Origin: Cyanobacteria bacterium P01_A01_bin.123
GTDB lineage: Bacteria > Cyanobacteriota > Cyanobacteriia > Phormidesmidales > Phormidesmidaceae
Direction of reading: 5' to 3'
Assembly (NCBI GenBank): GCA_039815185.1
Contig: JBCBZT010000049.1
Location: 1 to 54,698 of the forward strand
Length of the DNA stretch: 54,698 bases
Below are positions 10,151 through 20,589 of the stretch, piece after piece (position 1 is the first letter of the stretch; every line of letters begins with the position of its first letter). A program made the position numbers and the translations under genes. The notes under the pieces were generated by a model, which saw nothing but the letters and a program-made list of their open reading frames with translations, made no database searches and was not told where the DNA came from.

Positions 10151-10654
10151 TTATGAATCGTTACTAGTAGATTTACCCCGTTGGGCAAAGTCTGAGGGAT
10201 TTAGCTCGGAGATAAAGTCACGAAAGGCTTGCTTTTCAGCTTCGTCGGCGTCGCGATCAACGGGGATCGAGGCATCGGCGATTACCCCTTCCATGACCCA
10301 AATGGAGGCGTCCGTTCGCAACGCGATCGCGATCGCATCGCTGGGACGAGCATCAATTTCTTTTTTAGTTTCCCCTTTTGCCACCGTGAGCACAGCGTAG
10401 AAGGTATTGTCTTTAAGGGAATGAATCACCACCCGTTCTAACACCATGTCCCACTCGTCTAGCATGTTCACTAGCAAATCATGGGTCAATGGACGAGGTG
10501 GGGCTTGATTTTCCAACGCATTGATAATTGATTTTGCTTGATCAGCCGCAATGTAAATCGGTAACGCTCGTCGTTCCGATGCGTCCCTGAGGAGCACAAT
10601 CGGGCTGCGCGAGACTGCATCGAGGGCAATTCCGGCAACTTTCATCTCAATCAT
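10151..10654 (-). CDS. Bifunctional nuclease family (DUF151) protein
   Basis: LPIYI, PRPLTHDL and IDARPSDAIAIA motifs. Confidence 0.93.
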   Translation of the reverse strand: MIEMKVAGIALDAVSRSPIVLLRDASERRALPIYIAADQAKSIINALENQAPPRPLTHDLLVNMLDEWDMVLERVVIHSLKDNTFYAVLTVAKGETKKEIDARPSDAIAIALRTDASIWVMEGVIADASIPVDRDADEAEKQAFRDFISELNPSDFAQRGKSTSNDS

Positions 10655-11008
10655 GGGATTCAGCCTCTAGACTCTGTAGCAGGTATGCGTTGGCGTGATA
10701 TGGACTTGAGTAACTTTATGGAATGACTGATATTAATAGAGTAAAGTCTCGGATTTTGGGGTCAGCAGTGATACAGCAGCTCATCTGGACAAAGACCGAA
10801 TTGTAAAGGCTGCACCACAATCTTAGACCTTGTTATCCGTACAATGAAGAGTAAACTATGCGCCCGGAGACCTAGAGCATGCGTAAAAGTCGGATCTGTA
10901 AAAATCGAACCTGACCGTCTGCCCTAGAGTATGCCCCTATCTTGCCTCAGATTGGGGGTGTTCAGTCTGAGAATTTTGTTAATTCATGCAGAGAAAAGTT
11001 AACGCATT

Positions 11009-11689
11009 GTGTTTACCGGACTTATTCAATCGCTCGGAACCCTCGAACCCCTTGGCGAAACGCAACTTAAGGTCACCTGTCTGAAGGGGGGGCACCAGTC
11101 AGCAGCGATCGCTCACCCAATTCTCTCAGACATGGCCCTGGGCGACAGTATTGCGGTAGACGGCGTTTGCTTGACCGTAGAGTCAAAATTGCCCCAAGGG
11201 TTTGTGGCTTCAGCCTCTCCAGAAACGCTCCAGCGCTCCACCCTGGGCCAGCTTCCTGCTGACGCGGTGGTCAATTTAGAATCTTCTCTACGGGTCGGTA
11301 GCAAGATTGGTGGCCACTTTGTGACCGGTCATGTCGATGGCATTGGCTATTTTGAATCGAGTCAGGCCATTGATAACGCCTGGGATATTCGCTTTAGCGT
11401 GCCAGAGCCGCGAGTGGCGCGATACATCGTCTCCAAGGGCAGCATTGCAGTGAACGGCATTAGCCTCACCGTAGCTGACTGTTCTCAAAGCGGTGACTGG
11501 TTTAGCATTGCCGTAATCCCGGTCACCTATGATGAAACGAGTCTAAGCAGCCTCATACCTGGACAAAGGGTGAATTTAGAAGCAGACATTTTAGGCAAGT
11601 ATGTTGAAAAGTTTCTGCGATCGAGCCCAGCTGAATCCGACAAACCTGATCTGTCGCTCAGTTTCTTAGCTGATCATGGATATATTTAG
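11009..11689 (+). CDS. ribE: Riboflavin synthase (alpha chain)
   Basis: MFTGLI start, GDSIAVDGVCLTV, GGHFVTGHVD, KGSIAVNGISLTV and VNLEAD. Named ribC in E. coli. Confidence 0.97.
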   Translation: MFTGLIQSLGTLEPLGETQLKVTCLKGGHQSAAIAHPILSDMALGDSIAVDGVCLTVESKLPQGFVASASPETLQRSTLGQLPADAVVNLESSLRVGSKIGGHFVTGHVDGIGYFESSQAIDNAWDIRFSVPEPRVARYIVSKGSIAVNGISLTVADCSQSGDWFSIAVIPVTYDETSLSSLIPGQRVNLEADILGKYVEKFLRSSPAESDKPDLSLSFLADHGYI

Positions 11690-11826
11690 GGCGATCGCCC
11701 TGGCAAGTATAGCCGTAGCCACAAAGCTTTGTGCGCTACGGCGAGCCAGATTGCTTGTGTGTTCAGCATCCCAGCGATACTAGGTGCATTAAGCAATCTG
11801 GCCAGCGCTATATTTCAGCTCGCCCA

Positions 11827-12045
11827 CTAGCGTCGCCAGAACATAGCCAATAAATCAATATCGTGTTTCATCGCGTCGAGTTCTTGGCGATGGCAGGCAG
11901 CGGTTTGTTCATACCAATCGCAATAAGCCTCAAAAGCCTCGCGGGAGTCGACTTCTTGATGAAAGTCGTAGGCCATTTGGTGCAGTTCAAACACCTCAAC
12001 GGGGTCTTGTACTTCATCATGATGGCTGATAGAAAAGGAATGCAT
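11827..12045 (-). CDS. Small hypothetical protein
   Basis: 72-aa ORF with plausible composition (F.AYC.WY...A..HRQEL), collinear with its minus-strand neighbours. Confidence 0.65.
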   Translation of the reverse strand: MHSFSISHHDEVQDPVEVFELHQMAYDFHQEVDSREAFEAYCDWYEQTAACHRQELDAMKHDIDLLAMFWRR

Positions 12046-12124
12046 AAACCACGTCCGCGTTCAAAACTGAAGATTTTCCCTTAATGGGAGAAGACAATGG
12101 GTCTGGATGTGGACAATTTCTAGC

Positions 12125-12916
12125 TTAGGCCCATCCCCGCAAACGGTAAATGCCAATGCCAATGTATTCTTTAAGCGCGCGGGTCAGTCGGTACAGCTTA
12201 TCCGCATCTGGCAAAAGACTCAGCAGTTTGGCTTCGACAGTTGTGCTGACCTCAGATTTTGATTGCACGGTGACCCAATAGTCCGTCGGGGCAGGAATAG
12301 CCTTAATCCCCTGTTTCTTGAAAATCATCATTGATCTCGGCATGTGGATAGCTGACGTGACCAGCAAAACCTGATCGATATTTTGGTCAGCTAAAATTTG
12401 CTTAACATTGACGGCATTCTGATAGGTGTTGAGCGAGGTTGGTTCTTCTAAAATCGACTGTTTAGGGACGCCCATCGCCTCGGCTAAAGTGGCCATATCA
12501 GCAGACTCTGGGGGGCCACCTTCTTTCCAGTCAATCCGCCCGCCGCTCATGACAATCAACGGGGCCTTACCCTGACTGTAAAGCCAGGCGCTATACAGCA
12601 CCCGATCACCTGCCTCCGAGACTTCCACCCAGGGCCGGGGGGGCGCTGGCGGACGAATTGCCCCACCCAACACCACGATAGCGTCTGCCTCTGGTACAGG
12701 CTGCATGGGTTGATACCGCCACTCTAGGGATTCCACAAGCCGATCAGATAGCCAACCGTTGCCCCCTGCGAGGAGAAGCATCAATGCACCCGCGATCGCC
12801 CCAGCGGCCCACCGAGGTCGCCGCCAGAGCAACACCAACGAAACCATCAATAGCACACAGGCCAACCCCAGGGGATAGACAAAAAGAGGCAGCAGTTTGG
12901 AAAGAAAGAGAAACAT
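12125..12916 (-). CDS. YdcF/ElyC (DUF218) family membrane protein
   Basis: DAIVVLGG, SGG, SLNTYQNA, LVTSAIHMPRS and KEYIG motifs. Confidence 0.93.
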   Translation of the reverse strand: MFLFLSKLLPLFVYPLGLACVLLMVSLVLLWRRPRWAAGAIAGALMLLLAGGNGWLSDRLVESLEWRYQPMQPVPEADAIVVLGGAIRPPAPPRPWVEVSEAGDRVLYSAWLYSQGKAPLIVMSGGRIDWKEGGPPESADMATLAEAMGVPKQSILEEPTSLNTYQNAVNVKQILADQNIDQVLLVTSAIHMPRSMMIFKKQGIKAIPAPTDYWVTVQSKSEVSTTVEAKLLSLLPDADKLYRLTRALKEYIGIGIYRLRGWA

Positions 12917-12952
12917 AAACCACGACCGATTTGAAACCTTTAGTCTGACGGG

Positions 12953-13255
12953 TTAACGTCGGGGGCGAGTAGCCTGATCTCTAAGATTAGGGCGTCTAAA
13001 TCGAGGGATGGGTAGGCGTCGTAAAGAGCGTGATTGCAACTGTCTCCTGAGCCTTTGTAGCGTACCTGGCGATTCTTCAGGGGGAGGCTCGGGGATACCA
13101 CCTTGGGTTTGCCACCAAGCGGTGACCATGCCCCCTGCGATCGCGCCAATCAAACCAAAGAAAATACTCGCAACCACTGGATAACCCAAAATGATGAAAC
13201 AGGCTAAAAAGGCTAACCAAATTTTGAGTCCAGCAGGGATGGCTTTATCGAGCAT
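12953..13255 (-). CDS. Hypothetical membrane protein
   Basis: Two hydrophobic segments followed by an Arg-rich tail. Confidence 0.7.
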   Translation of the reverse strand: MLDKAIPAGLKIWLAFLACFIILGYPVVASIFFGLIGAIAGGMVTAWWQTQGGIPEPPPEESPGTLQRLRRQLQSRSLRRLPIPRFRRPNLRDQATRPRR

Positions 13256-13355
13256 GGTGTATTAGGAGGTCAGACTGTTTATCGCTAGGGTGATCACGGT
13301 TCACTTTTAGTCGTTGTAGCATGTTTGGGATGGGGCTCGGTCGCCTACCCTGCTC

Positions 13356-14915
13356 TTATTCTCCAACTTTAGCCAGTTCTTGGGTGAGGGCCGCCGTGGT
13401 ATCTAGGGCAGTGACATAAGGGAGTTCATCGCCGCTAAAGGCTTCAAAGTGTTGTCGGGTCAGCACATCAACGGTGGCATCAGCAATATCACCCGTTCGC
13501 TGCTGGACGCGATCGCGCAGCACGGCATCTGGTGCAGTACAGTGCAAAATCTGGAGTGGAATGGTGTGGGTTTGGGCACGGGCGATCGCCGCTTTGCGCT
13601 TATCTTGCCGATCGTACTTAGCATCGAGAATTACGGTGTACCCCGCTTGAGCCAAAGTAACACCCAGATCGAGCAGGCGATCGTAGGTTTTCTGGGTCAT
13701 GGTTGGGGTGTAGAGCTCGTCGTCACCCCGTGCCATTAGCGGAATCCCCGCCAAATGCTTGCGTACCGCATCAGAGCGGATGTGAATCGCCCCGGTTTGC
13801 TTAGCCCATTGCCGCGCGACAGTCGTCTTACCCGACCCTGACAATCCTGCCATCAAAAATAGTCGTCCTGCCCTAGGCTGCATCGCCTCATAAGCCAAGC
13901 GATAGTAGGGTGCGGCTTGCTCAGAAACCTTTGTCTTCTCAGTGGCTGAAATTGCCGGGTCATTGAGCATAAACGAGGTGACTTTACCCCGCACATAAGA
14001 CTGACGACTCACATAGAGTGGCAACACTTGTAATCCCTCCCAGTCACCAGTTTGCTCCACATAGGTGTTGAGAAATGAGGTGGCCAATGCCGTTTGTCCG
14101 GCTAGAGATAGATCCATGATCACGTAGGCAATGTCGTACATCACATCGACTAGGCGAAAGGGTTCGTTGAACTCAATACAGTCAAACAAGTACAGGGTGT
14201 CTTGCCATAGGCAAATATTGCCCAGATGCAAATCGCCGTGGCAGGCGCGGATCCAGTTTTGTTCGCGACGCTGGGTCAGTAGTTCCTTCTGCTCAGCAAA
14301 GAAACGATTGGTGTAAGCTTGGGTGGCGTCAAACTGCGGCTGGGTTTGTGGGCCGCCAATAAAGTCTGCCGTTTGCGCATAATTTTCATCAAAGGCCTGG
14401 CGAATCGCTGAAATTTCCCCAAAGCTGCTGATATAGTCACTGGTCTCAGCGCTTTTGTGGAAGTCTGCGATTGTGGTAGCCAGTCGCTCTAGCAGTGCTT
14501 CTGTCAACTCCCCTTGAGCAAACATCGCATTGAGCAAAGCGTCTTGGGGAAACTGCCTCATCTGCAAGGTGTATTCCACCGTTGCGCCAGCCTGGTTTTC
14601 AGGATCGCTACCCGCCGCCTCTAGAACAAAGCCCGTGTCACCGTCGCTAATGGGCAACACCGCCAGATAGAGAGCAGCTGCAGCCCGCTGATTTAGCCGC
14701 AATTCTTCTTCACAAAAGTGCTTGCGCAACGCCAGCGTGGTGTAGTTCAAGAAGCCGAAGTCTAGCGGTTTCTTTACCTTATAGGCGTAGTCCCCAGCCA
14801 GCAACACGTAGGAAATGTGGGTTTGAATCAACTGAATCGGGTCAACAACCGGATGGGGATAAAACTCCGGCTGCATCATTTGCACAATCAATGGCGGCAG
14901 CACAGCATCGGACAT
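13356..14915 (-). CDS. Bifunctional aminoglycoside-phosphotransferase-like / AAA_33 P-loop kinase protein
   Basis: IQTHISYV, CHGDLHLGNI, FDCIEFN; Walker A GLSGSGKT. Confidence 0.92.
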   Translation of the reverse strand: MSDAVLPPLIVQMMQPEFYPHPVVDPIQLIQTHISYVLLAGDYAYKVKKPLDFGFLNYTTLALRKHFCEEELRLNQRAAAALYLAVLPISDGDTGFVLEAAGSDPENQAGATVEYTLQMRQFPQDALLNAMFAQGELTEALLERLATTIADFHKSAETSDYISSFGEISAIRQAFDENYAQTADFIGGPQTQPQFDATQAYTNRFFAEQKELLTQRREQNWIRACHGDLHLGNICLWQDTLYLFDCIEFNEPFRLVDVMYDIAYVIMDLSLAGQTALATSFLNTYVEQTGDWEGLQVLPLYVSRQSYVRGKVTSFMLNDPAISATEKTKVSEQAAPYYRLAYEAMQPRAGRLFLMAGLSGSGKTTVARQWAKQTGAIHIRSDAVRKHLAGIPLMARGDDELYTPTMTQKTYDRLLDLGVTLAQAGYTVILDAKYDRQDKRKAAIARAQTHTIPLQILHCTAPDAVLRDRVQQRTGDIADATVDVLTRQHFEAFSGDELPYVTALDTTAALTQELAKVGE

Positions 14916-14951
14916 AGGGGCAGCTTCTGGAAAACCTGAAATGGGTGGGCG

Positions 14952-15632
14952 TTAGAGAAAACGAGTGTAGTCTTGACCTAAAAACAGAGCCCGTTCGGCG
15001 TTACGCCGTCGGGTAAGCCCAGCTAAGACTCTGCTCCCAGCTCTGTTCCAGCGGGGAAATTGATCAGCAGCGCCCTGATAGTTGCCCTGGTTGAGCAACC
15101 GCAGCAACGTTGAATCGCCCAATGCCGACGACCCCACGTTATAGCTGAACGATACCAGGGCTGCAAATTGATTGTCGTTGATTGAAACCTTCACGAGACT
15201 ACTAACGGCCCGCTCAAATTTGTCTACATCTCGTCTGAGCAGCCGTTCTGCCTCGGCTTCGGTGATCACCATACCGGGCCTCACCCCTGAAGTGGTGCCA
15301 TAACCAATGGTCCAAATGCCAACGGCATCCTGATAAGCCTTGAGGCGCAATCCCTCGAAAGACTTAATTAAACGGATACCCGCAGCATTGGTATTGCGCC
15401 CAGTAGACGGTGATGGCGGGGGTGGGGGTAGGGGCTGCGGTTCTTCCCCCCCTGGGGCAACTGCCATCGCGCCTGGGGCTTCTGCCCGCGTAAACCAAGC
15501 TCGCATCCCGCTGACATTGACGACTTTTTCCTTAGGATTGCTTTTTGAGGGATACTTCGAAATTTTTGAAATATAATAGCCCCCCTGCATTAAGTAGATA
15601 GCTGTGTCGGTCTCTTTAATCCAAGTACCCAT
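14952..15632 (-). CDS. GH24 (phage-type) lysozyme with N-terminal extra domain and proline linker
   Basis: IKSFEGLRLKAYQDAVGIWTIGYGTT, NQFAALVSFSYNVG and LAGLTRRRNAERALF motifs. Confidence 0.93.
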   Translation of the reverse strand: MGTWIKETDTAIYLMQGGYYISKISKYPSKSNPKEKVVNVSGMRAWFTRAEAPGAMAVAPGGEEPQPLPPPPPSPSTGRNTNAAGIRLIKSFEGLRLKAYQDAVGIWTIGYGTTSGVRPGMVITEAEAERLLRRDVDKFERAVSSLVKVSINDNQFAALVSFSYNVGSSALGDSTLLRLLNQGNYQGAADQFPRWNRAGSRVLAGLTRRRNAERALFLGQDYTRFL

Positions 15633-15752
15633 AAACCCTTACCCCGAAAGAATCGGTATCCCAGGACTTTATAACATCAGAACTCACAAACGGCTGGATT
15701 TTGCCTCAAATTCATCAACCCAGATAAAGAACTTAACCTATTAAGCGCCGAC

Positions 15753-17183
15753 ATGAGCCAGGAAGGGGGCTGTGGGGTAAAACAACGCACTACCATAGAC
15801 AAAGATCGACAAATGCCTGAGCTCAATTCAATCCCCAACCCAGATCAAATTTTCATGCAACCTACTTTGGTATCTCCTGCTGCTACGCCTCAACTTCATT
15901 TTCCGGTTATCCGTCGTTTGCCCAATGGGTTAACGGTAGTTGCAGAACAAATGCCCATTGATGCGGTTAACCTCAGCCTCTGGCTGAAGGCGGGGTCGGC
16001 TTTGGAATCTGATGCCATTAACGGCATCGCCCATTATTTAGAGCACATGATTTTTAAGGGCACGCCGCGCATTCGCTGCGGCGAGTTTGAAAGATTTGTG
16101 GAAGAACGGGGCGCAATCACCAATGCGGTTACGAGTCAAGATTACACTCACTTCTATATCACCAGTGCCCCTCAAGATTTTGCCACCCTAGCCCCCTTAC
16201 ACATTGACTTGGTGATGAATCCCAGTATTGATGATCAGGACTTTGAACGGGAGCGTCCAGTGATTTTAGAGGAAATCCGCCGTTCTCAAAGTAACCCTCG
16301 TCGCCGTACGTTTTATCGATCGATGGAATTGGCCTTTGAACGGTTGCCCTATCGACGGCAGGTGCTTGGCCCTGCAACCGTGATTGAACAGCTTGCGCCT
16401 CAAACCATGCGCAATTTTCACCAGTGCTGGTATCAGCCTCAAAATTTAACTGCCGTCGCTGTGGGCAATCTACCCGTGGAAGATCTCGTCACGACTATTG
16501 CCAATGGGTTTGAACACGCGATCGCCCACCGTCAATTGCTCAATTCAGAGCGTTCTCAATCCCCGCTTTGCCATCAGGCAATTCATCCTGAACAGCCGTT
16601 TCAGAACATTCATCGCATTGATCATGAGGATGTCTCACTGCAGCAGGCGCGGTTGATTTTAAGCTGGCGTGTGCCTGGACTCTCTGATTTGGGGCAAACC
16701 TATGCGTTAGATGTAGTGGCGTCCATTTTGGGTCGAGGGCGTACTGCCCGGCTGATTCGAGACCTGCGGGAAGAACGACAATTAGTTGCCGGGGTGAGTG
16801 CCAGTAATTTGACCTATGATCACCAGGGGGTGTTTTCGATTTCGGCCCAGCTAGACGTTGAGCACTTAGCTGAGGTAGAGACAGCGATCGCCCAACAAAT
16901 CCAGTCTCTAGCAGATCATGGCGTCACCGCTGATGAGCTGCGACGGGTCCAAACACAGGTTGCTAACCGCTACATCTTTGGCTCTGAGACTCCCAGCGAT
17001 CGCGCCGGACTCTATGGCTACTACCAAACCATGACAGGAGACATCAATCACGCCCTCCATTATCCTGCCGAGATTCAAGCCTTGACGTTAGAGGATTTAC
17101 AACAGGCGGTGCAGCAATTTTTGCCCAGTACTGCCTATGGGGTAATGATCGTGAGGCCAGGGGATCGTTTGGATGGAAACTGA
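15753..17183 (+). CDS. M16 (pitrilysin/insulinase) family zinc peptidase
   Basis: GIAHYLEHMIFKGT (HxxEH) and NAVTSQDYT. The true start may be downstream. Confidence 0.94.
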   Translation: MSQEGGCGVKQRTTIDKDRQMPELNSIPNPDQIFMQPTLVSPAATPQLHFPVIRRLPNGLTVVAEQMPIDAVNLSLWLKAGSALESDAINGIAHYLEHMIFKGTPRIRCGEFERFVEERGAITNAVTSQDYTHFYITSAPQDFATLAPLHIDLVMNPSIDDQDFERERPVILEEIRRSQSNPRRRTFYRSMELAFERLPYRRQVLGPATVIEQLAPQTMRNFHQCWYQPQNLTAVAVGNLPVEDLVTTIANGFEHAIAHRQLLNSERSQSPLCHQAIHPEQPFQNIHRIDHEDVSLQQARLILSWRVPGLSDLGQTYALDVVASILGRGRTARLIRDLREERQLVAGVSASNLTYDHQGVFSISAQLDVEHLAEVETAIAQQIQSLADHGVTADELRRVQTQVANRYIFGSETPSDRAGLYGYYQTMTGDINHALHYPAEIQALTLEDLQQAVQQFLPSTAYGVMIVRPGDRLDGN

Positions 17184-17268
17184 TTGGTAGCTGAGAGTGC
17201 AGAGAAAACGCCTCTCTCCTCCCTCCTTGCTTACACCTGACGATTCTGAACTAAGTGATATAGAGCCT

Positions 17269-18132
17269 ATGTGGGATGCGATTGCGCGACATATTAGTCA
17301 GGCGACGGGGACTGATTTTACGATCCGCGATCGCCAGGGGGTTAGCGGCGGCAGTATCAATCAAGCCTATGGCATTTCTGATGGCGAACAACGCTACTTT
17401 CTCAAGCTCAATCAAGCCAGTAAGGTAGCGATGTTTGAACAGGAGGCGTTGGGCTTAAAGGAAATGGCCGATAGCAATACGATCACCGTGCCACGTCCAA
17501 TTTGTTGGGGTACGAGCGATCGCGATGCCTATGTCGTGCTGACCTGGCTTGATTTGGGGTATGGCAATGGGCAGGCTTGGGAAGTAATGGGGCGTCAGTT
17601 GGCGGCGATGCACCGCGTGACAAGCCCCAAAGGGTTTGGCTGGCATCAAAACAACACCATCGGTGCAATCCCACAACGCAATCCCTGGACGCAAGATTGG
17701 GTGACGTTCTTGCGAGACCATCGTCTCGGCTACCAGTTCAGTTTGGCCCACCGCCGGGGCGGTCATTTCCCTCGGGCCGATCAACTGCTGGCAGCGCTAC
17801 CAGAACTTTTGTCAGGGCATGAGCCGGCTCCGGGGCTGGTGCATGGGGATTTGTGGTCGGGTAATGCAGCGGTGACAAAAACGGGGGAACCCGTCTTGTT
17901 GGATCCGGCAGTTTATTATGGCGATCGCGAGGTGGATATCGCCATGACAGAGCTGTTTGGGGGATTCCCTAGTGGGTTTTACCAGGGCTACAATGCTGCC
18001 TATCCATTAGATGAAGGGTATCGGCAACGCAAGGTGCTCTACAACCTCTATCACATCCTTAACCACTTCAATCTGTTCGGCGGTGGTTATGGGTCCCAAG
18101 CGAATCGCATGATTGATCAGATTTTGGGTTAG
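17269..18132 (+). CDS. Fructosamine kinase family protein
   Basis: GGSINQAY, LVHGDLWSGN and DPAVYYGDREVDIAMTELFGGF motifs. Confidence 0.95.
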   Translation: MWDAIARHISQATGTDFTIRDRQGVSGGSINQAYGISDGEQRYFLKLNQASKVAMFEQEALGLKEMADSNTITVPRPICWGTSDRDAYVVLTWLDLGYGNGQAWEVMGRQLAAMHRVTSPKGFGWHQNNTIGAIPQRNPWTQDWVTFLRDHRLGYQFSLAHRRGGHFPRADQLLAALPELLSGHEPAPGLVHGDLWSGNAAVTKTGEPVLLDPAVYYGDREVDIAMTELFGGFPSGFYQGYNAAYPLDEGYRQRKVLYNLYHILNHFNLFGGGYGSQANRMIDQILG

Positions 18133-18186
18133 TTCCAGATTTCAGCCCGAAAACGACATGAATTTGATATATTGGGTGTTCGATAT

Positions 18187-18257
18187 GGCGGCATGGCCAA
18201 GTGGTAAGGCAGAGGATTGCAAATCCTTTATCCCCAGTTCGAATCTGGGTGCCGCCT
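18187..18257 (+). tRNA. trnC: tRNA-Cys (GCA)
   Basis: Complete cloverleaf GGCGGCA...GAGGA-TT-GCA-AA-TCCTT...GTTCGAATC...TGCCGCC-T. Confidence 0.98.
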
Positions 18258-18269
18258 TTATTTATGTTG

Positions 18270-18326
18270 AACAGTCAATCCCGAAAAGCCTTCGAGTACA
18301 GGGCTTTTCGGGATTGACTGTTTTTT
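18270..18326 (+). terminator. Long hairpin with T-tract after tRNA-Cys
   Basis: 21-bp perfect inverted repeat AACAGTCAATCCCGAAAAGCC / GGCTTTTCGGGATTGACTGTT followed by Ts. Confidence 0.8.
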
Positions 18327-18438
18327 GTGTTGTAGCAAGTTGTCGCAGGTTGTGGCTAATAGAGCGGTCTGATTTAGGCAGATTTTAGGCAGGACATCTG
18401 CCTATACTGGGATTACTGATTTAGCAGGGGTTCCAGAG

Positions 18439-19557
18439 GTGACGGCAAACGGTAATAAGGCATTGAACATTGCCAACGGTCGGTTAAAAGCGGCAAAGAT
18501 TCCAGCCCGGATCAATATCCAAGATGGCAAGCTTTATTTGAGGGCCACGTTGCCCCCAAAGCCGGGTAGCACCAAAAGCACACCCTATCAGCAGCGGATT
18601 GCGTTGGGCCTTGATGCCGTTGGGCGCTGCATCAAAATTGCTGAGGATAAAGCCCGATTACTGGGCCTACAGCTTGAATCGGGTAATTTTGATTGGGAGC
18701 AATGGGGCACCACTAAGCGGGCTGAATCAGTAGTTGACTGGGTAGAACGGTTTGAAGCCGATTTTTTCAAGCGTGGGGGCACTCAAACAACCTGGAAGGG
18801 GGATTATCTGCAAAGCTTCCGCAAGCTGCCCCCAGATGCCCCGTTAACCCTGCCCTTACTGATATCGGTAGCTGAGAACCAAACTGCAAACAGTAAGCCA
18901 CGTCAGCGGGTTTGCATGGCCTTCAAGCGGTTAGCTGACTTTGCGGGCATCGAGGGCACTGATCAACTAACCGTCATCAGAGGCACCTATTCAAGTGATG
19001 AAGTTGATCCGCGTTCGTTACCCGATGACGAACAGTTAGCCATTTTCAGGGATTCGATTACAAACGCTGCCTGGCAATGGGTGTTTTCGATGATGGCTTG
19101 TTATGGCCTGAGACCCCACGAATGCTTTAAATGTGACTTATCGGAGTTTCCGACAATTCATGTTGAAGGCGATACGAAAACAGGTGCTAGATTTGTTTGG
19201 CCGCTCTATCCAGAATGGGCTAAACAATGGGGATTGCAGGATATCAAACTGCCTAATATTGATTTTGAAAACTTCACCAATGCCAAAATAGGCACTAAGG
19301 TTTCTAGATACTTTTATACTCAGAAATTTGACAAATGCAATGGCGACACTTTGACTGCTTATGAGCTGAGGCATTGTTACGCGAGGCGATTGCTACAGTT
19401 TGGGTTTAGTCCTGAGTTTGGGGCAAAGATGATGGGGCATAGCCCAGATGTTCACTGTCGGGTTTATCGGCGTTGGATTGATAAAGCAACCTATGAGGCT
19501 ATTTACGCCAAAACGATAGGCAATCCAGAGAGACCTAAGCCGCCTGTTCTGGCGTAA
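18439..19557 (+). CDS. Tyrosine recombinase / phage integrase
   Basis: Catalytic set appears intact: YGLRPHE, TKTG, LRHCYARR, MMGHS, VYRRW. Lies adjacent to the tRNA 3' end. Confidence 0.95.
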   Translation: MTANGNKALNIANGRLKAAKIPARINIQDGKLYLRATLPPKPGSTKSTPYQQRIALGLDAVGRCIKIAEDKARLLGLQLESGNFDWEQWGTTKRAESVVDWVERFEADFFKRGGTQTTWKGDYLQSFRKLPPDAPLTLPLLISVAENQTANSKPRQRVCMAFKRLADFAGIEGTDQLTVIRGTYSSDEVDPRSLPDDEQLAIFRDSITNAAWQWVFSMMACYGLRPHECFKCDLSEFPTIHVEGDTKTGARFVWPLYPEWAKQWGLQDIKLPNIDFENFTNAKIGTKVSRYFYTQKFDKCNGDTLTAYELRHCYARRLLQFGFSPEFGAKMMGHSPDVHCRVYRRWIDKATYEAIYAKTIGNPERPKPPVLA

Positions 19558-19624
19558 ATCAATTGCTTGAAAAATTCGAGGCGCTGCGCGCCAACAGAGG
19601 GCAAAAAGGCAAAAAGGAAAAGGG

Positions 19625-20476
19625 CTAGCTGGAAGCGTCCGTCGGGGCTGAACATACAACTCGAAAACCGATAAAGTAGAGGCGGAACACGGGGTCGTAG
19701 CTGAGGCGAGAGGCAGACCGGCAGTACCACGGAAAGTCGTCCCAAGAACCGCCGCGTCTGATACGACTTACGCTTTCATTCTCAGTTAACCAGACACTCC
19801 CGTCTCTAGGTGCACCTTTATAGCTATCGTGCCAGTGGTCTAAACACCATTCCCATACGTTGCCATGCATATCACATAGGCCCCAAGCATTGGCCACATC
19901 AAAGTAATCAACCGGGGTGGTTTCTTGACGATATTCGCCCTTTGGCCCACGACCATAGGCCCCATACTGCTCATTTGTGCCGTTGTAGTTGGCCAGATCG
20001 GTGGTGATGGTTTCACCAAAGTGAAAAGGGGTATCCGTTCCTGCTCGACAGGCATATTCCCACTCAGCTTCGGTCGGTAGGCGATACCCTCGTCTAGTGT
20101 GACGAGCCAGGCGATCGCAAAACTCCACTGCTTCATCCCAACTCACGCTCTCAACCGGGCGTTTATCCCCCTTGACTCGCGACGGATCAGGCTTTAACGC
20201 TTGCTTCACCAGTTCTAGATTTGCCACGAAGCGCCATTGGGCCTGGGTGACAGGATACTTACCCATAAAGAAGCTGGGCACGGTTACATTATGCTGAGGG
20301 CCTTCAGCATCTGTTCGGTCTAGCTCGTCGTCTGGGGAGCCCATTGTGAAGCTGCCACCAGGGATTTGCATCATCCGTAGCAGTACTCCCTCCCCTAGCA
20401 GCTCATCGAAACATGGGTGTTGGGCTTTGCGTTTATTGATGGTGATTTTGGGCTGGCTTTCTTGGGTGGTTGGCAT
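19625..20476 (-). CDS. FGE-sulfatase (SUMF1 / C-type lectin fold) protein, DGR target-like
   Basis: FTMGS, YPVTQAQW, YRLPTEAEWEYACRAGT, DMHGNVWEW and RGGSW...GFRVVC motifs. Confidence 0.95.
   Translation of the reverse strand: MPTTQESQPKITINKRKAQHPCFDELLGEGVLLRMMQIPGGSFTMGSPDDELDRTDAEGPQHNVTVPSFFMGKYPVTQAQWRFVANLELVKQALKPDPSRVKGDKRPVESVSWDEAVEFCDRLARHTRRGYRLPTEAEWEYACRAGTDTPFHFGETITTDLANYNGTNEQYGAYGRGPKGEYRQETTPVDYFDVANAWGLCDMHGNVWEWCLDHWHDSYKGAPRDGSVWLTENESVSRIRRGGSWDDFPWYCRSASRLSYDPVFRLYFIGFRVVCSAPTDASS
19652..19756 (-). repeat. DGR-type variable repeat VR1
   Basis: 105-bp segment homologous to 20617-20721 and 21615-21719. Differences are concentrated in codon positions 1-2. Confidence 0.85.
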
Positions 20477-20589
20477 GGGGGGGAAGCAGCTAGGAGTTAG
20501 AAGTTAGGAGGTTGTGAAGGCAGAACTTCAGCTAGAAAATTCGAGGCGCTACGCGCCAACAAAGGGCAAAAAACCAAAAGCGGAAAGGG

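Noticed and set aside
14952..15632. Lysozyme as the endolysin of the integrated element
   Set aside because: It lies among host genes on the far side of the tRNA-Cys attachment site.
5700..18000. Frequent GCGATCGC octamers as a novel repeat
   Set aside because: This is the well-known cyanobacterial HIP1 sequence.
18113..18388. 91-aa ORF across tRNA-Cys
   Set aside because: It overlaps the tRNA and terminator and is spurious.
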